Source of the DNA: Mobula hypostoma
Taxonomy: Eukaryota
Direction of reading: 5' to 3'
DNA: 64,000 nucleotides
NCBI RefSeq assembly: GCF_963921235.1
Contig: NC_086109.1
Span: forward strand, 7,132,001-7,196,000
Below, one piece after another: positions 14,060-25,042 of the stretch (position 1 is the stretch's first letter; every line of letters starts with the position of its first letter). The position numbers were made by a program, and so were the translations under genes. The notes beneath the pieces are model-generated. The model saw only the letters and a program-made list of their open reading frames with translations. It was not told where the DNA came from and ran no database searches.

Positions 14060-14273
14060 CGAGGTTGGAACGCTGAACCACTGTCACGGGGCACTGGCAC
14101 CTGCGAGAGCAGGAATACTGACGAAGTGGAGGACGCACCGGAACCGATTCGGCTCCGGATCCGGGATCCTCCTCCTCCGCGAGTGCCGGGAGGCCGGACT
14201 GCTTGAAGGGCTTGGCCTGGCAGAGCAGGAGAGCCAGCAGGCAGGAGACGAGGACCTGGGGACCTCCATTCAT
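14060..14273 (-). pseudogene. SLRP first coding exon: MNGGPQVLVSCLLALLLCQAKPFKQSGLPALAEEEDPGSG...CSRRCQCPVTVVQRSNL(G)
   Basis: Acceptor ttcctgcag|CCACC-ATG with Kozak context (exon starts 14278). Hydrophobic signal peptide, PFxQxG propeptide motif, EEEDPGSG putative GAG site. Cys cluster reads CX3CXCX6R instead of CX3CXCX6C. Expected donor reads G|ggaag, not G|gtaag. Confidence 0.9.
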
Positions 14274-15300
14274 GGTGGCTGCAGGAACAGGAAGTCAGCA
14301 TCTCACCATCTCTCATAGACACTGAGGTTCACACCAACACAACACCCATCTCATACGGTGAAAGAAGCAGCAACCTACTCCAGCGCTCAGTATGATTACA
14401 TACCTGTTAAAGGAACCCAGCAGTCATAGAGTCATAGAAAAGTACAGCACAGAAACAGGTCCTTCAGCCCTTCTAGTTCATGTTGAACTATTTAAACTGT
14501 CTACCGCCATTGACCTCCACCCGGACCACAGCCCTCCATACCCCTACCATCCACTTACCTATCCAAACTGCTCTTAAATGTTGAAATTGATCTCACATGC
14601 ACCACTTGTGCTGGCAGCTCGTTCCACTCTCTCAAGACTCTCTGAATGAAGAAGTTTTCCTCTTTTCCCCCTCTATCAAATCTCCTCCCAATCTTCTACA
14701 TTCCAAAGAATAAAGTCCTCACCTATTCAGTCTTTCCTTATAACTCCAGACTTGGCAACATCCTTGTAAATTTTCTCTGTACTCTTTTAACCTTAGAACA
14801 TAGAACATAGAACAGTACAGCACAGTACAGGCCCTTCGGCCCACAATGTTGTGCCGACCCTTAAACCTTGCCTCCCATATAACACCCCCGCCACCTTAAA
14901 TTCCTCCATATACCCGTCTAGTAGTCTCTTAACCTTATTTACATCTTTCCTGTAGGTAAGTGACCAGTGCCTCACCAATGCCTTATACAACTTCAACATA
15001 ACATCCCATCTCCTGTACTCAGTGCTTTGATTTATGAAGGTCAAGGCTCACACCAACACAACACACGTCTCACATGGTGAAAGGGTCAGGAACCCCTGGT
15101 GCTCCAGTTTCCTCCCACAGACCAAAGTCACACAGGTTAGTTAGGGTCAGTAAGTTGTGGGCATTCTATGTTGGCACCAAAAGCATGGTGGCACCTCTGG
15201 GTTGCCCCCAGCACATCCTCGAACTGTATTGGCTATTGACGCAAATGAGGCAAATCACTGTATTTATCGCTGCACTTGTAATAAATAAAGCAAATCTTTA

Positions 15301-15435
15301 ACACAAGAGGTTCTGCAGAATGCTGGAAATCCAGAACAAAACGCACAAAATGCAAGAGGAACTCGGCAGGTCAGGCAGTATCGATGGAAAGGAATGAACA
15401 GTCGACGTTTCAGGCCGAGACCCTTCTTCAGCACT
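15301..15435 (-). mobile_element. Short Penelope-derived terminal repeat with hammerhead motif (15400-15435)
   Basis: Minus strand agtg-CTGAAGA-agggtctcggcct-GAAA-cgtc-gact followed by the gctgcctgacctgc..gagtt tail also seen at the end of the element at 23078-24965. Confidence 0.8.
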
Positions 15436-17504
15436 GATGAAGCTCATGAAAGTTAATCTTTAATCTATTTTTGAGGTCTCAGGAACACCTCAAGACAGCC
15501 TGGATCTTATTTGGAAAGAGTTGCCAGAAATAGTGTTGCATTAAGAACATTTGAAGACCATCTGGATAAGTACAGGGACAGGAGAGGTTTAGCGGGCAAT
15601 GGACCAAACACAGGTAGATGCAATGAGCTCACTGGGCAATGTGGACAGTAGGGATGAGCTGGGCCAAAGGGCCTGTTTCCTGCTGTATGACTCTGTGACA
15701 CAGATGCTGCTCAACCCATTGAGTTCCTCCAGCAGTCTGCGTGCTACTCCGGGTTCCAGTCTGCACTCTCTTGTGTCTCTCATAAAGTCACAGTTGGTCT
15801 TGTATCTTAGTGAAGCGGACATAATCGGGGTCCTTAGGATTTTGAGAGAAAGTTATAAACCAGGAGAACTTTTCCAGTGGCAAGATGTGGTGAGTAGACC
15901 CCAGAGAGAGAGAGAGAGGCAACAAACTGCAGATGATGGAAATCCGAAATAAAAACAGCAAACGCTGGTGTTACTCAGCAGGTCAGGGTGGGAGGGTGGA
16001 GATACCTCTCTACCAAAGGAGGTACAAGGTGCTCCTTCCCTCCGCCAGCCTGCAGGTCACCCTTGGGCAAGGTGTAGCACCTGCTTAGCCCCCCGATGAA
16101 TTCTCAGTAGGTCAGGCAGCATCCGTGAAGAGAGATACAGAATCAATATTTCAGATCAATGTTAGCATGAACCTCAGACTGAGCATTTGGAGAATATAAA
16201 AGTAAAATGAGTGAAAGTGGATGGCTGATAGCACAGATTTGGTGAGCCGAAGGGCTTATCTATAAGCTGTATTTCTTCATGACTCTATGACAACAACATT
16301 GAGGAAGGAAAAATGTCAGGAGAAGCAAAATCAAGGTTTGAAAAGAAAATTGCTTTCTAAACAGAACTTGAAACTAGTGAGAAATAATCGCCTTTAATGT
16401 TGTTATCTCAGGGCAGGGGTTCCCAGCATTTTTTGTGCCCTGGACCCCTGCCATTAACCAAGGGGTCCGTGGACGCCACATTGGCAACCCCTCTCCCAGG
16501 GGCAGGTGTGCCCGTTTCCTGATCAGGACCTTAGTCAATGAAGAGCAACGTTGCATCTGGGAAGAGGCTGCCCTCTGCTGGCCACATGGTTAATTACACA
16601 AGGGCAGAGTTTACACGAACAGGAGAAAGTCTGCAGAGTCTGAAAATGCAAAGTAACACACACAAAATGCAGGAGGAACTCAGCAGGGCAGGCTGCATCT
16701 GTGGAACTGAGCACACAGTCGATGTTTCAGGCTGAGACCATTTATCAGGACTGGAAAGGAGGAGCAGAAGTCAGAGTAAGAAGGTAGGGGGGAGAGAAGG
16801 AAGAAGTAAAGGTGGCAGGTGATAGGTGAAACCGGGAGAGGGGAGGGGGTGAAGTAAAGGGCAGGGAAGTGGAGTGGTGAAAGATGCTAGAGAAGGAGGA
16901 ACTGGTCCTCACCCTCAATAATTTCCCCTACGGCTCCCCCCACTTCATTCAAAACAAAGGTAGCTAAAGGTAGTCCCAGCTATGCCTGCATTTTCGTCGT
17001 CTACGCGGAACAGTCCATGTTCCAAGCCTACACCGGTATCGCTCCCCAACTCTTCCTATGCTGCATTGTTCACCTCATATCAAAATCAGTGAGGATATGC
17101 AGGGGGCCGCCTGCGAGTGTCGCCACTTTTCCACCGCCAACGTAGCCTGCCCACAACTCACCAACCCTAACCCATATGTCTTTGGAATGTGGGAGGAAAC
17201 CAGAGCACTCAGAGAAAATCCGCTCAGTCACGGGGCGAATGTACAAACTGCTTACAAGCAGCAGCAGGACCCGAACTGCAGTCGGCGACTGATGCCGCTG
17301 TGAAGTGATTGCACTAGCTGCCATATTACCGTGCCTGTCCTCTGCGACCTGCCTCCATCTCGCCATCACCTCCCTCCTCATCTAGTTCCACCTATCACCC
17401 GCCAGTCCCTTGTATTATCCTCCCTCCCACCTTCTCTCTACACTCTCCTGATACAACGTCCCGACCCGAATTGTTGGCCACCCTTGTAGCTCCAAAGAAG
17501 GTGG

Positions 17505-18730
17505 GGTGGGGGGGAAGAGAGAGAGAAGGAGAGAAGGAAGGAAAGATGGAAAAGTAGAGAGAGAAAGAGAGCTGGAAAAGGAGAGAGAGAGAAAGAGAGA
17601 GGAGAAAGAGAGGGGAGAGAAAGACAGATTGAGAGAGGGGGAGAGGGAAAAGGAGAAAGAGATATGGGAGAGGAAGAGAGGAAGAAAGAGAAAAGGAGAG
17701 AGAGCAAAAATGAGCGAGAGGGCAAGGGAGAGAGAGAGAAAACAAGAGAGAAGTAAAGGGAGGAGGGAGAGAGATGGAGATAGAGAGAGAGGAGAGAGGG
17801 GAGAGAAGGAAAAGGAAACAGAGAAGGGAGAGAGACAGAGATAAAGGGAGGGAGAAGGAGAGAGAGCAGAAAGGGAAGAGAAAGAGAGAAAGACAGAGAG
17901 AGAAGAGAGAGGGAAAGGGAGAAAGAGGAGGACAGAGAGAGAGAGCGGTGAGAGAAAGGGAAAGGAGAGAGGGAGAGAGAAGGGAGAGAGAGGGGGAGAG
18001 AAAGACAGATTGAGAGATAGGGAGAGAGAGGAAGAGAGGGAAATGGAAGAAGAGATAGGGGAGGAAGAGAGGGAGAAAGAGAAAAGTAGCAAGAGAGAAA
18101 ATGAGAGAGAGGTAAAGGGCGAGAGAGAGGAGTAGAGACACGGAGAGAAGAGGCAGAAAGGGGGAGAGAGAGGGGAGAGAGAGAAATACAGTGAGTGAGA
18201 GAAGGAAAGAGAGGAAGAGCGAGAGAGAAAGAGAGAGAAGGAGAGAGGGAGAGAGTGAGGAGAGAGAGAGAGGAGACAGAGAAGCACAGAAATAGAGTGA
18301 GAAAGAGAGAAGGAGAGAGAGAATGAGAGGGAAAGGGAGAGGAGACAGGGAGAGAGAGGAAGGGAGAGACGGAGAGAAAGGGAGAAGGTGAAATGGAGAG
18401 AGTGTGAGAGAGAAAGAGAGAAAGGAGAGGGTGGGGAGAGAGAGAGGGGAGAGAAACAGAGACAGAAAAAAGGAAAGAGCGAGAGAAAGAGAAAAGGATA
18501 GAGAGAAGGAGAGGGGGAGAGAGAGGAGAGAGAGAGGGAGAGATGGCGAGGGAGAGAAAGCGAGTGAAAGACAGAGAGACAGATGGGAGGGGTCACTGAG
18601 AGTGAAGGACAGAAAAACTGAGATGCAGAATGACAGTGCAGGAGAAACAGAGATCACAAGGGAAGACTTGTGAGACAGAGAAAGACAGAGATTAAAAGAG
18701 GGAGGGGGAGAGAGAGGAGGACAAGAGAGA
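17505..18730. repeat. ~1.2-kb aperiodic homopurine/homopyrimidine (GA-rich) tract
   Basis: Plus strand almost entirely G/A; causes spurious Leu/Ser/Phe/Pro and Arg/Glu ORFs. Confidence 0.97.
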
Positions 18731-19257
18731 TGTTTTCATCTCCTTAGCTTTGAACCAGGTGCTTTTAATGTGGGTTTTCCATAACATGAGATGTCATTTT
18801 CTTTTTCTATACAAATCCATTTTCCCCGCTGCTGTTTATTATGAATATTATTTGACTTTTATCAGGACCAAAACAAACTTCACCCCCAGTCTGTTGATTA
18901 CAGTGTCCCTGTGTAGCCCTGGCACACACAGAACACCCTGTTCTTAGTTTAGAATAATGGGCATGTGAGGCACACAAATTATGATGAGCTGCAACTGAAA
19001 ATGCCAGCATTTGTTAAAAGTAAAGCTCTCACATAACCAAGCTCGCTGATGATGACTTGATGCGTGGCAGCTAAGTCAATTATATTTCAGTTTAATATCC
19101 ACTGCTGTGTGTTGGACTAAGAAATAAGAGAAGTTTCTCTCTTGGTAGCAACACAAAACTAGGTTCAGAGACATCTGCTTCATAATACTGTCAAAATGAA
19201 GGTACAGACAGCAGTTCTCTGTGAAATCTGCTCTATGGTCTGTGACTCATTCTCAAC

Positions 19258-19812
19258 TACACTCTGTGGCCGCTTGTTTTAGATACCTCCTGTACCGAAT
19301 AAAGTAACTCCTGACTGCATATTTGTGGTCTTCTGCTGCTATAGTCCATCCACTTCAAGGTTCAATGCTCTTCTGCACACCACTGTTGTAACACATGGTT
19401 ATTTGAGTTACTGTCACCTCCCTGTCGGCTTGAACCAGTCTGGCCATTCTCCTCTGACCTCTCTCATCAACAAGACGTTTTCGCCCACAGAACTGCTCCT
19501 CACCGGATGCTTTTTGTTGTTTGCACCATTTTCTGTAAACTCTTAGAAATTGTTGTGCATGAAAATTCCAGGAGATCAGCAGTTTCTGAGATACTCAAAT
19601 CACCCTGTCTGGCACCAACAGCCATACCACAGTCAAAGTTGCTTAAATCCTACTTCTTCCCCATTCTGATGTTTGTTCTGAACAACAACTGAACCTCTTG
19701 ACCATGTCTGCATGCTTTTATGCATTGAGTTGCTGCTGCGTGATTGGTTGATTAGGTATTTGCATTAATAAGCAGGCGAACAAGGATGCCTAATAATGTG
19801 GCCTCTGAGTTT
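19258..19812 (-). mobile_element. Non-autonomous Tc1-like DNA transposon (second copy in opposite orientation ~31170-31722)
   Basis: Termini resemble tacactcagtggccacttt...aaagtggccactgagtgta. The two copies share internal sequence (cagaaactgctgatctcctgggatttt). Confidence 0.75.
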
Positions 19813-20987
19813 ATAGTTATTGACTTGGAGAAACAGGTTGAAAGAGTAAATACTTTTGAAGTGACTGAAGTGACCCTAACCCTAACTTTTCTCGGAATGT
19901 CAGCCGAACAAAAGAACTGGTTGTGGAGTCCAGGGAGAGGAGGAGGGCAGTGCACATGCTGTATCTACATCCACGGTGTTGAGGTGGAGATGGCTGAGAG
20001 CTTGAAATTCCTAGGAGTGAACATCGCCAGTGGCCTGCCCTTGTCCAGGCATGTGGATGCCACGGCCAAGAAGGCACACTAATGCCTCTACTTCCTCAGG
20101 AAGCTAATGAAATTTGACATGCTCCCTTTGACCCTCATTGATTTTATCAATACACCATAAAAATCATACATCACTGCCTGACACTGCTCTGCCCAAGATT
20201 TCAAGAAACTGCAGAGAGTTGTGATCACAGCTCAGCACATCATAGAAACCAACCTCCCCTCTCAGTGCCGTGGTAAAGCAGACGACAGAGTCAAAGACTC
20301 TGCCCACCTGGACATTCGCTCTTCTCCCTTCTCCCACTGGGCAGAAGAATCAAAAGCCTGAAATTACGTACCACTCAGGCTCAAGGACAACTTCAATCCT
20401 ACTGTTGTCAGACTTCTTGTATGATAAGAGGTACTTTTGGCCTCACCATCTAGCTTGTCATGAACCTATTATCTATCTGTACTGCACTTTCTCTGTAACT
20501 GAAACGCCTTTATCTTCAGTCTCATTGCTTTTGCTTGTACAACCTCAATGACCCTGGTATGACAAGATGACCTCAATAGATAACTTAAAAGGCAAAGCTT
20601 CTCACTGGGGGTCACTATGTGAAAATAACAAACCAGTTCTGGCATGATACTCCTGCACACCACAATATTTTTGGAACTATTCCCAGCACAGAAAGGGACG
20701 GTAATGATACAAACAATCACATGGCTGTACTTGTACTCTGCTCCTGTGCTCTGTGTCACTTTGTGGTTTTATACTGTTCCTAGTTCCAACCAGAGAGGAA
20801 ACACGAGATGATTATCCACCCGGATGTCCTTGAGCAGCATTTGGACACCCCGGGAAAACCGCCCAGGGTGTTGGAGTTTGGAGTTCAATTCCAACGCCGT
20901 CTGTAAGGAGTTTCTGCACTCTTCCTGCGACCGTGTGGGTTTCCTCCGGGTGCTCTGCTATCCTCCCACAGTCCAAAGACGTACCGG

Positions 20988-21878
20988 CAGGGGTGCAGTG
21001 GTAGCCGGAGAGCACTGAAACGCGCTTGGCACCTCTTTAAGAAAAAAGCCGAAATAAACAAGCTAATTAATTAGGTGCTGTGCAGGGTGATTTGAGCCTC
21101 TCAGAAACTGCTGATCTCCTGGGATTTTTACGCAGAACATACTCTGGAGTTTACAAAGAGTGGTGCCAAAAACAAAAAAAAATCCAGTGAGTGGCTGTTC
21201 TGTGAGTGAAAACATCGCGTTAAATCGACCCGCTGGTTTTTTTCCAGTCTTTTTAATAATTTTCAAAATTTTAAACATAACAATAACATTGATAAACAGA
21301 GAATGGGATTACATTATTGATAGCTAACATTTGCAAATATAAAATTGCTGATAGTACAAGTATGTTAAATTCCGCCCCCCTCCCCAATTCTAAACATAAC
21401 TGAACATGGTAAAAGATAAATGGAAAAAAAAACTAAAAAAAAACCCCAAACTAGAAAAGAAAAAAAAACACACTAAATTAAGCTAAGCAAAACTAGACTA
21501 AACTAAAACAAAGTCAGGCTAACATATTACATTGGACACATGGAACACAGATAAAAATTGCTGGTGAACGCAGCAGGTCAGGCAGCATCTCTAGGAAGAG
21601 GTACAGACGATACAGTGGATACAATCATTAATGTTGTTAACTCCACTCCTCTATCTGTATATTTTTAGTTAAAAAAAAGGATTTTTTTTTTTGTTTTTGG
21701 CACCATCCTTTGTAAACTCCAGAGTATGTTGTACGTAAAAATCCCAGGAGATCAACAGTTTCTGAGAGACTCAAATCACCCTGGGCGGCTCCTCATTAAC
21801 TAGCTTGTTTATTTTGGCTTTTTTCTTAAAGAGGTGCCGAACGCGATTTAGAGCACTCCGGCTACCACTGCATCCCTG
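20988..21878. mobile_element. hAT-type foldback MITE with ~200-bp inverted arms, inserted in a tRNA-type SINE
   Basis: CAGGG...CCCTG termini; arms 20988-21185 and 21679-21878 are reverse complements; 8-bp TSD cgtaccgg/cgtactgg; host SINE sequence resumes after the TSD. Confidence 0.88.
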
Positions 21879-22183
21879 CGTACTGGTTAGTAGGTTAATT
21901 AGCCATTGTAATTTGTCCTGTGATAAGGCTAGTGTTAAATACGAGGGTTACTGGGCGGCGTGTCTCGTCGGACCGGAAAGGCCTGTTCCCTGCTGTATCT
22001 CTAAATAAGTGAAAGAGGAACTGGCTACTTGAATGTGTACAATATATTGAAAACTGGTGCCAGTGGAATTTACCTCACAGAATGGTTGATGTGAAAAGGG
22101 TTCAGGTGCGAATTGGAGAAAAACGAGAACAACCACTCCAGCTGCTAACCTGACCCGCACCTAGCTTTATAGATGTACAATAG

Positions 22184-22273
22184 ACAGAATCACACCTAAG
22201 TACAGAATCCCACCGAAGTACAGAATCCCACCATAGACAGAATCGCACCTAAATGCAGAATCTCACCTAAATA
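22184..22273. repeat. Minisatellite, ~5 x 18 bp (acagaatcNcacctaagt)
   Basis: Tandem units read directly from the sequence. Confidence 0.85.
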
Positions 22274-23113
22274 TATCAAAGCTTGGTACGACAATGGCTC
22301 TGCCTAAGTCGGGACCAGACCCAATTGCAGAGAGTTGTGGACATAACCCAGTACGTTACTGGAACCAGCCTCCCCTCTGTGGACTCTATCTACTCTGCTT
22401 GTTGCCTCAGTAGAGCAGTCAACATAATCAAAGATCCCACCCACTCCGGAATTTTCTCTCCTCCCCTCCCATTGGGTAGAAGGTTTAAAAGCTTGAGAAC
22501 ATTGAGGCTCAAGGCTTCTATCCCAGTGCTATCAGACGCTCGAATGGACCTCTGGAAGTCAAAGATGAACTCTCGATCTCTCAGTCTACCCCATTGTGAC
22601 CCTTGTACATTATCTGTCTACTTGTACTGCACTCTCTCCGTAATACGATATTCTGCACTTTGACTTTCGTCGTTGGTGGCCAACCATTTTAATTCCTATC
22701 ACAATTCCTGTTCCGACATGGTGGTCCACAGCCTCCTCTTCTGCCATGATGAGGGCACTATGAGGTAGGAGGAGCAACACCTTATATTCTGTCTGGGTAG
22801 CCTCCAACCTGATGGCGTGAACATTGTTTTCTCCAACTTCCGGTAATTTTTCCTCTCCTCTTCCATCTTCCTCAATTCCCTGCTCTGGCTTCTTACCTCT
22901 TCTCCTCACCTGCCTATTACCTCCCTCTGGTGCCCCTCCTGCTTTCTTTTCTCCCATTGTCTACTCTCCTCTCCTATCAGATTCCTTCTTCTCCAGCTCT
23001 TTACCTCTTCCACCTATCTCCTTCCAGTTTATTACTTCACCTCCCCTCCTCCTCCTACCTGATTTCACTTATCACCTAAGCGCAAAATAATTTGCAGATG
23101 CTGTGAGATACAC

Positions 23114-24661
23114 AAGATACACAAGCCTAACTGTCCTGGTAGACCCATAGTTTCTGCCTGCTCCTGTCCCACTGCACTTGTATCTGCCTACCTGGACTCC
23201 ATTTTGTCACCCATAGTTCAGTCCCTCCCCACCTACATCCGGGATACATCCCATGCCCTCCACCTCTTCAATAACTTCCAATTCCCCGGTCCCAACCGCT
23301 ACATTTTCACTATGGATGTCCAATCCTCATACACCTCCATGCCCCATCAAGGTGGCCTCAAAGCCCTCCGCTACTTCCTGGATAATAGACCTCACCAGTT
23401 CCCCACCGCCACTACCCTCCTCCGGTTGGTGGAACTGGTATTCACATATAATAACTTCTCTTTTGGCTCTTCCCACTTTCTTCAGACTAAGGGTGTAGCT
23501 ATGGGAACTCACATGGGCCCCAGCTACGCCTGCCTCTTCGCTGGTTATGTGGAACAGTCTGTGCTCCAAACCTATTCTGGTACTGCTCCCCAACTCTTCC
23601 ATCGGTACATTGACGACTACATTGGTGTTGCTTCCTGCACCCATGCTGAGCTCGTCAATTTCATCGACTTTACTTCGAACTTCCACCCAGCCCTCAAATT
23701 CACTTTGTCTATCTCGGACACTTCTCTCCCTTTTCTCGTTGTCTCGGTCTCCATCTCTGGAGACAGACTGTCCACTGACATCTTCTACAAGCCCACTGAC
23801 TCTCATAACTACCTTGACTATACCTCTTCCCACCCCGCCACATGCAAAAATGCCATTCCCTATTCCCAGATCCTCCGTCTCCGCCGCATCTGCTCCGAGG
23901 ATGAGGCTTTCCATTCCAGGACATCTCAAATGTCCTCTTTCTTTAAGGATCGTGGTTTCCCTTCTGTCGTCATCAATGATGCCCTCACCCGCATCTCCTC
24001 CATTTCCCGCACTTCGGCCCTCACCCCATCCTCCCGTCACCACAACAGGGACAGAGTTCCCCTTGTCCTTACCTACCATCCCACCAGCCTCCGGATCCAG
24101 CACATTATCCTCTGCAACTTCCGCCACCTTCAACAGGACTCCACCACTAAGCACATCTTTCTCTCTCCACCCCTCTCCGCTTTCCGCAGGGATCGGTCCC
24201 TCCGTGACTCCCTGATCCGCACGTCTATCCCCACTGATCTCCAACCCAGCACTTATCCCTGTAAGCGTAAGTGTTACACCTGTCCCTACACCTCATCTCT
24301 TGCAACCATTCAGGGCCCCAAACAGTCCTTCCAGGTGAGGCAACACTTCACTTGTGAGTCTGTTGGGGTCATCTATTGCATCCGGTGCTCCCGGTGCGGC
24401 CTCCTCTACATCGGTGAAACCCGACGCAGATTGGGGGACCGCTTCGTCGAACACCTCCACTTCGTCCGCCACAACAGACAGGATCTCCCGGTTGCCACCC
24501 ACTTCAACTCTGCTTCCCACTCCCATTCAGATATGTCCATACATGGCCTCCTCTACTGCCATGATGAGGCTAAACTCAGGTTGGAGGAACAACACCTCAT
24601 ATACTGTCTAGGTAGTCTCCAGCCCCTTGGTATGAACATAGAATTCTCCATCTTCTGGTAA
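23114..24661 (+). CDS. Penelope-like reverse transcriptase + GIY-YIG endonuclease (5'-truncated, open frame)
   Basis: KIHKPNCPGRPIVS, FTMDVQS, QTKGVAMGT, RYIDD (RT); CKRKCYTC linker; VIYCIRCSRCGLLYIGETRRRLGDRFVEH (GIY-YIG). No stops over about 515 codons; no initiator ATG at the truncated end. Confidence 0.92.
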   Translation, partial: KIHKPNCPGRPIVSACSCPTALVSAYLDSILSPIVQSLPTYIRDTSHALHLFNNFQFPGPNRYIFTMDVQSSYTSMPHQGGLKALRYFLDNRPHQFPTATTLLRLVELVFTYNNFSFGSSHFLQTKGVAMGTHMGPSYACLFAGYVEQSVLQTYSGTAPQLFHRYIDDYIGVASCTHAELVNFIDFTSNFHPALKFTLSISDTSLPFLVVSVSISGDRLSTDIFYKPTDSHNYLDYTSSHPATCKNAIPYSQILRLRRICSEDEAFHSRTSQMSSFFKDRGFPSVVINDALTRISSISRTSALTPSSRHHNRDRVPLVLTYHPTSLRIQHIILCNFRHLQQDSTTKHIFLSPPLSAFRRDRSLRDSLIRTSIPTDLQPSTYPCKRKCYTCPYTSSLATIQGPKQSFQVRQHFTCESVGVIYCIRCSRCGLLYIGETRRRLGDRFVEHLHFVRHNRQDLPVATHFNSASHSHSDMSIHGLLYCHDEAKLRLEEQHLIYCLGSLQPLGMNIEFSIFW

Positions 24662-24868
24662 TTCCCTCCCCCTCCCTTCCTCTATCCCTATTTCACTCTG
24701 CCCCCTCCCCCAGCTGCCTCATGGTTCCGCCTCCTTCTTCCACCACCCATTGTTTTCAGGGCTATGACGTCACTGCTTCCCCTCCCCCACCCCTTTGTCT
24801 TTCAAATTACTGGTCTTTCAATTGAAGCTACAAGCATTCTTCAAATCCTTCCACATCTTTCATTCTGC

Positions 24869-24904
24869 AGCCCTGACGAAGGGTTCCGGCCCGAAACGTC
24901 GACT
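24869..24904 (+). ncRNA. Minimal type I hammerhead ribozyme motif
   Basis: agcc-CTGACGA-a-gggt(tccg)gccc-GAAA-c-GTC^gact. Core intact, one mismatch in helix I, predicted cleavage after 24900. Confidence 0.8.
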
Positions 24905-25042
24905 CATCATTTCTAACTGATGCTGCCCGACCTGCTGAGTTCATCCAGCGTACTGTCGGTATTGCTTCACTTATCACCTTCTGGCTTTCCTCCTCGCCCT
25001 TCCCCCATCTTCTTATTCTTGTTTCTTCCCCACTTTCTTTCC

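Larger units (their letters stand above)
105..14278 (-). pseudogene. Class I SLRP gene (decorin/biglycan/asporin family, decorin-like), 5' part; probably an unprocessed pseudogene, continues beyond the left edge
   Basis: Four colinear minus-strand exons translate to signal peptide, acidic Ser-Gly site, Cys cluster and successive LRRs. Internal exon sizes 113(+5), 214 and 114 nt and phases 1/0/1/1 match the decorin-type gene structure as I recall it. Disabling lesions affect the first two coding exons. Confidence 0.9.
23078..24965 (+). mobile_element. Penelope-like retroelement (likely Neptune group), 5'-truncated, nested in an older Penelope tail (~22665-23077 and 24966-25180)
   Basis: 14-bp TSD ttcacttatcacct (23064-23077 and 24966-24979); open RT plus GIY-YIG frame; hammerhead motif near the 3' end. 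Confidence 0.93.

Noticed and set aside
17395..18673. Long ORFs of 420 and 393 aa (Leu/Ser/Phe/Pro-rich) and Arg/Glu-rich ORFs
   Set aside because: Artefacts of the GA/TC low-complexity tract, which lacks stop codons.
22184..22273. Short regular repeats as a CRISPR array
   Set aside because: Head-to-tail 18-bp units with no unique spacers, in eukaryotic DNA.
23327..24244. 305-aa antisense ORF and overlapping plus-strand ORFs
   Set aside because: Shadow frames of the C-rich Penelope ORF.
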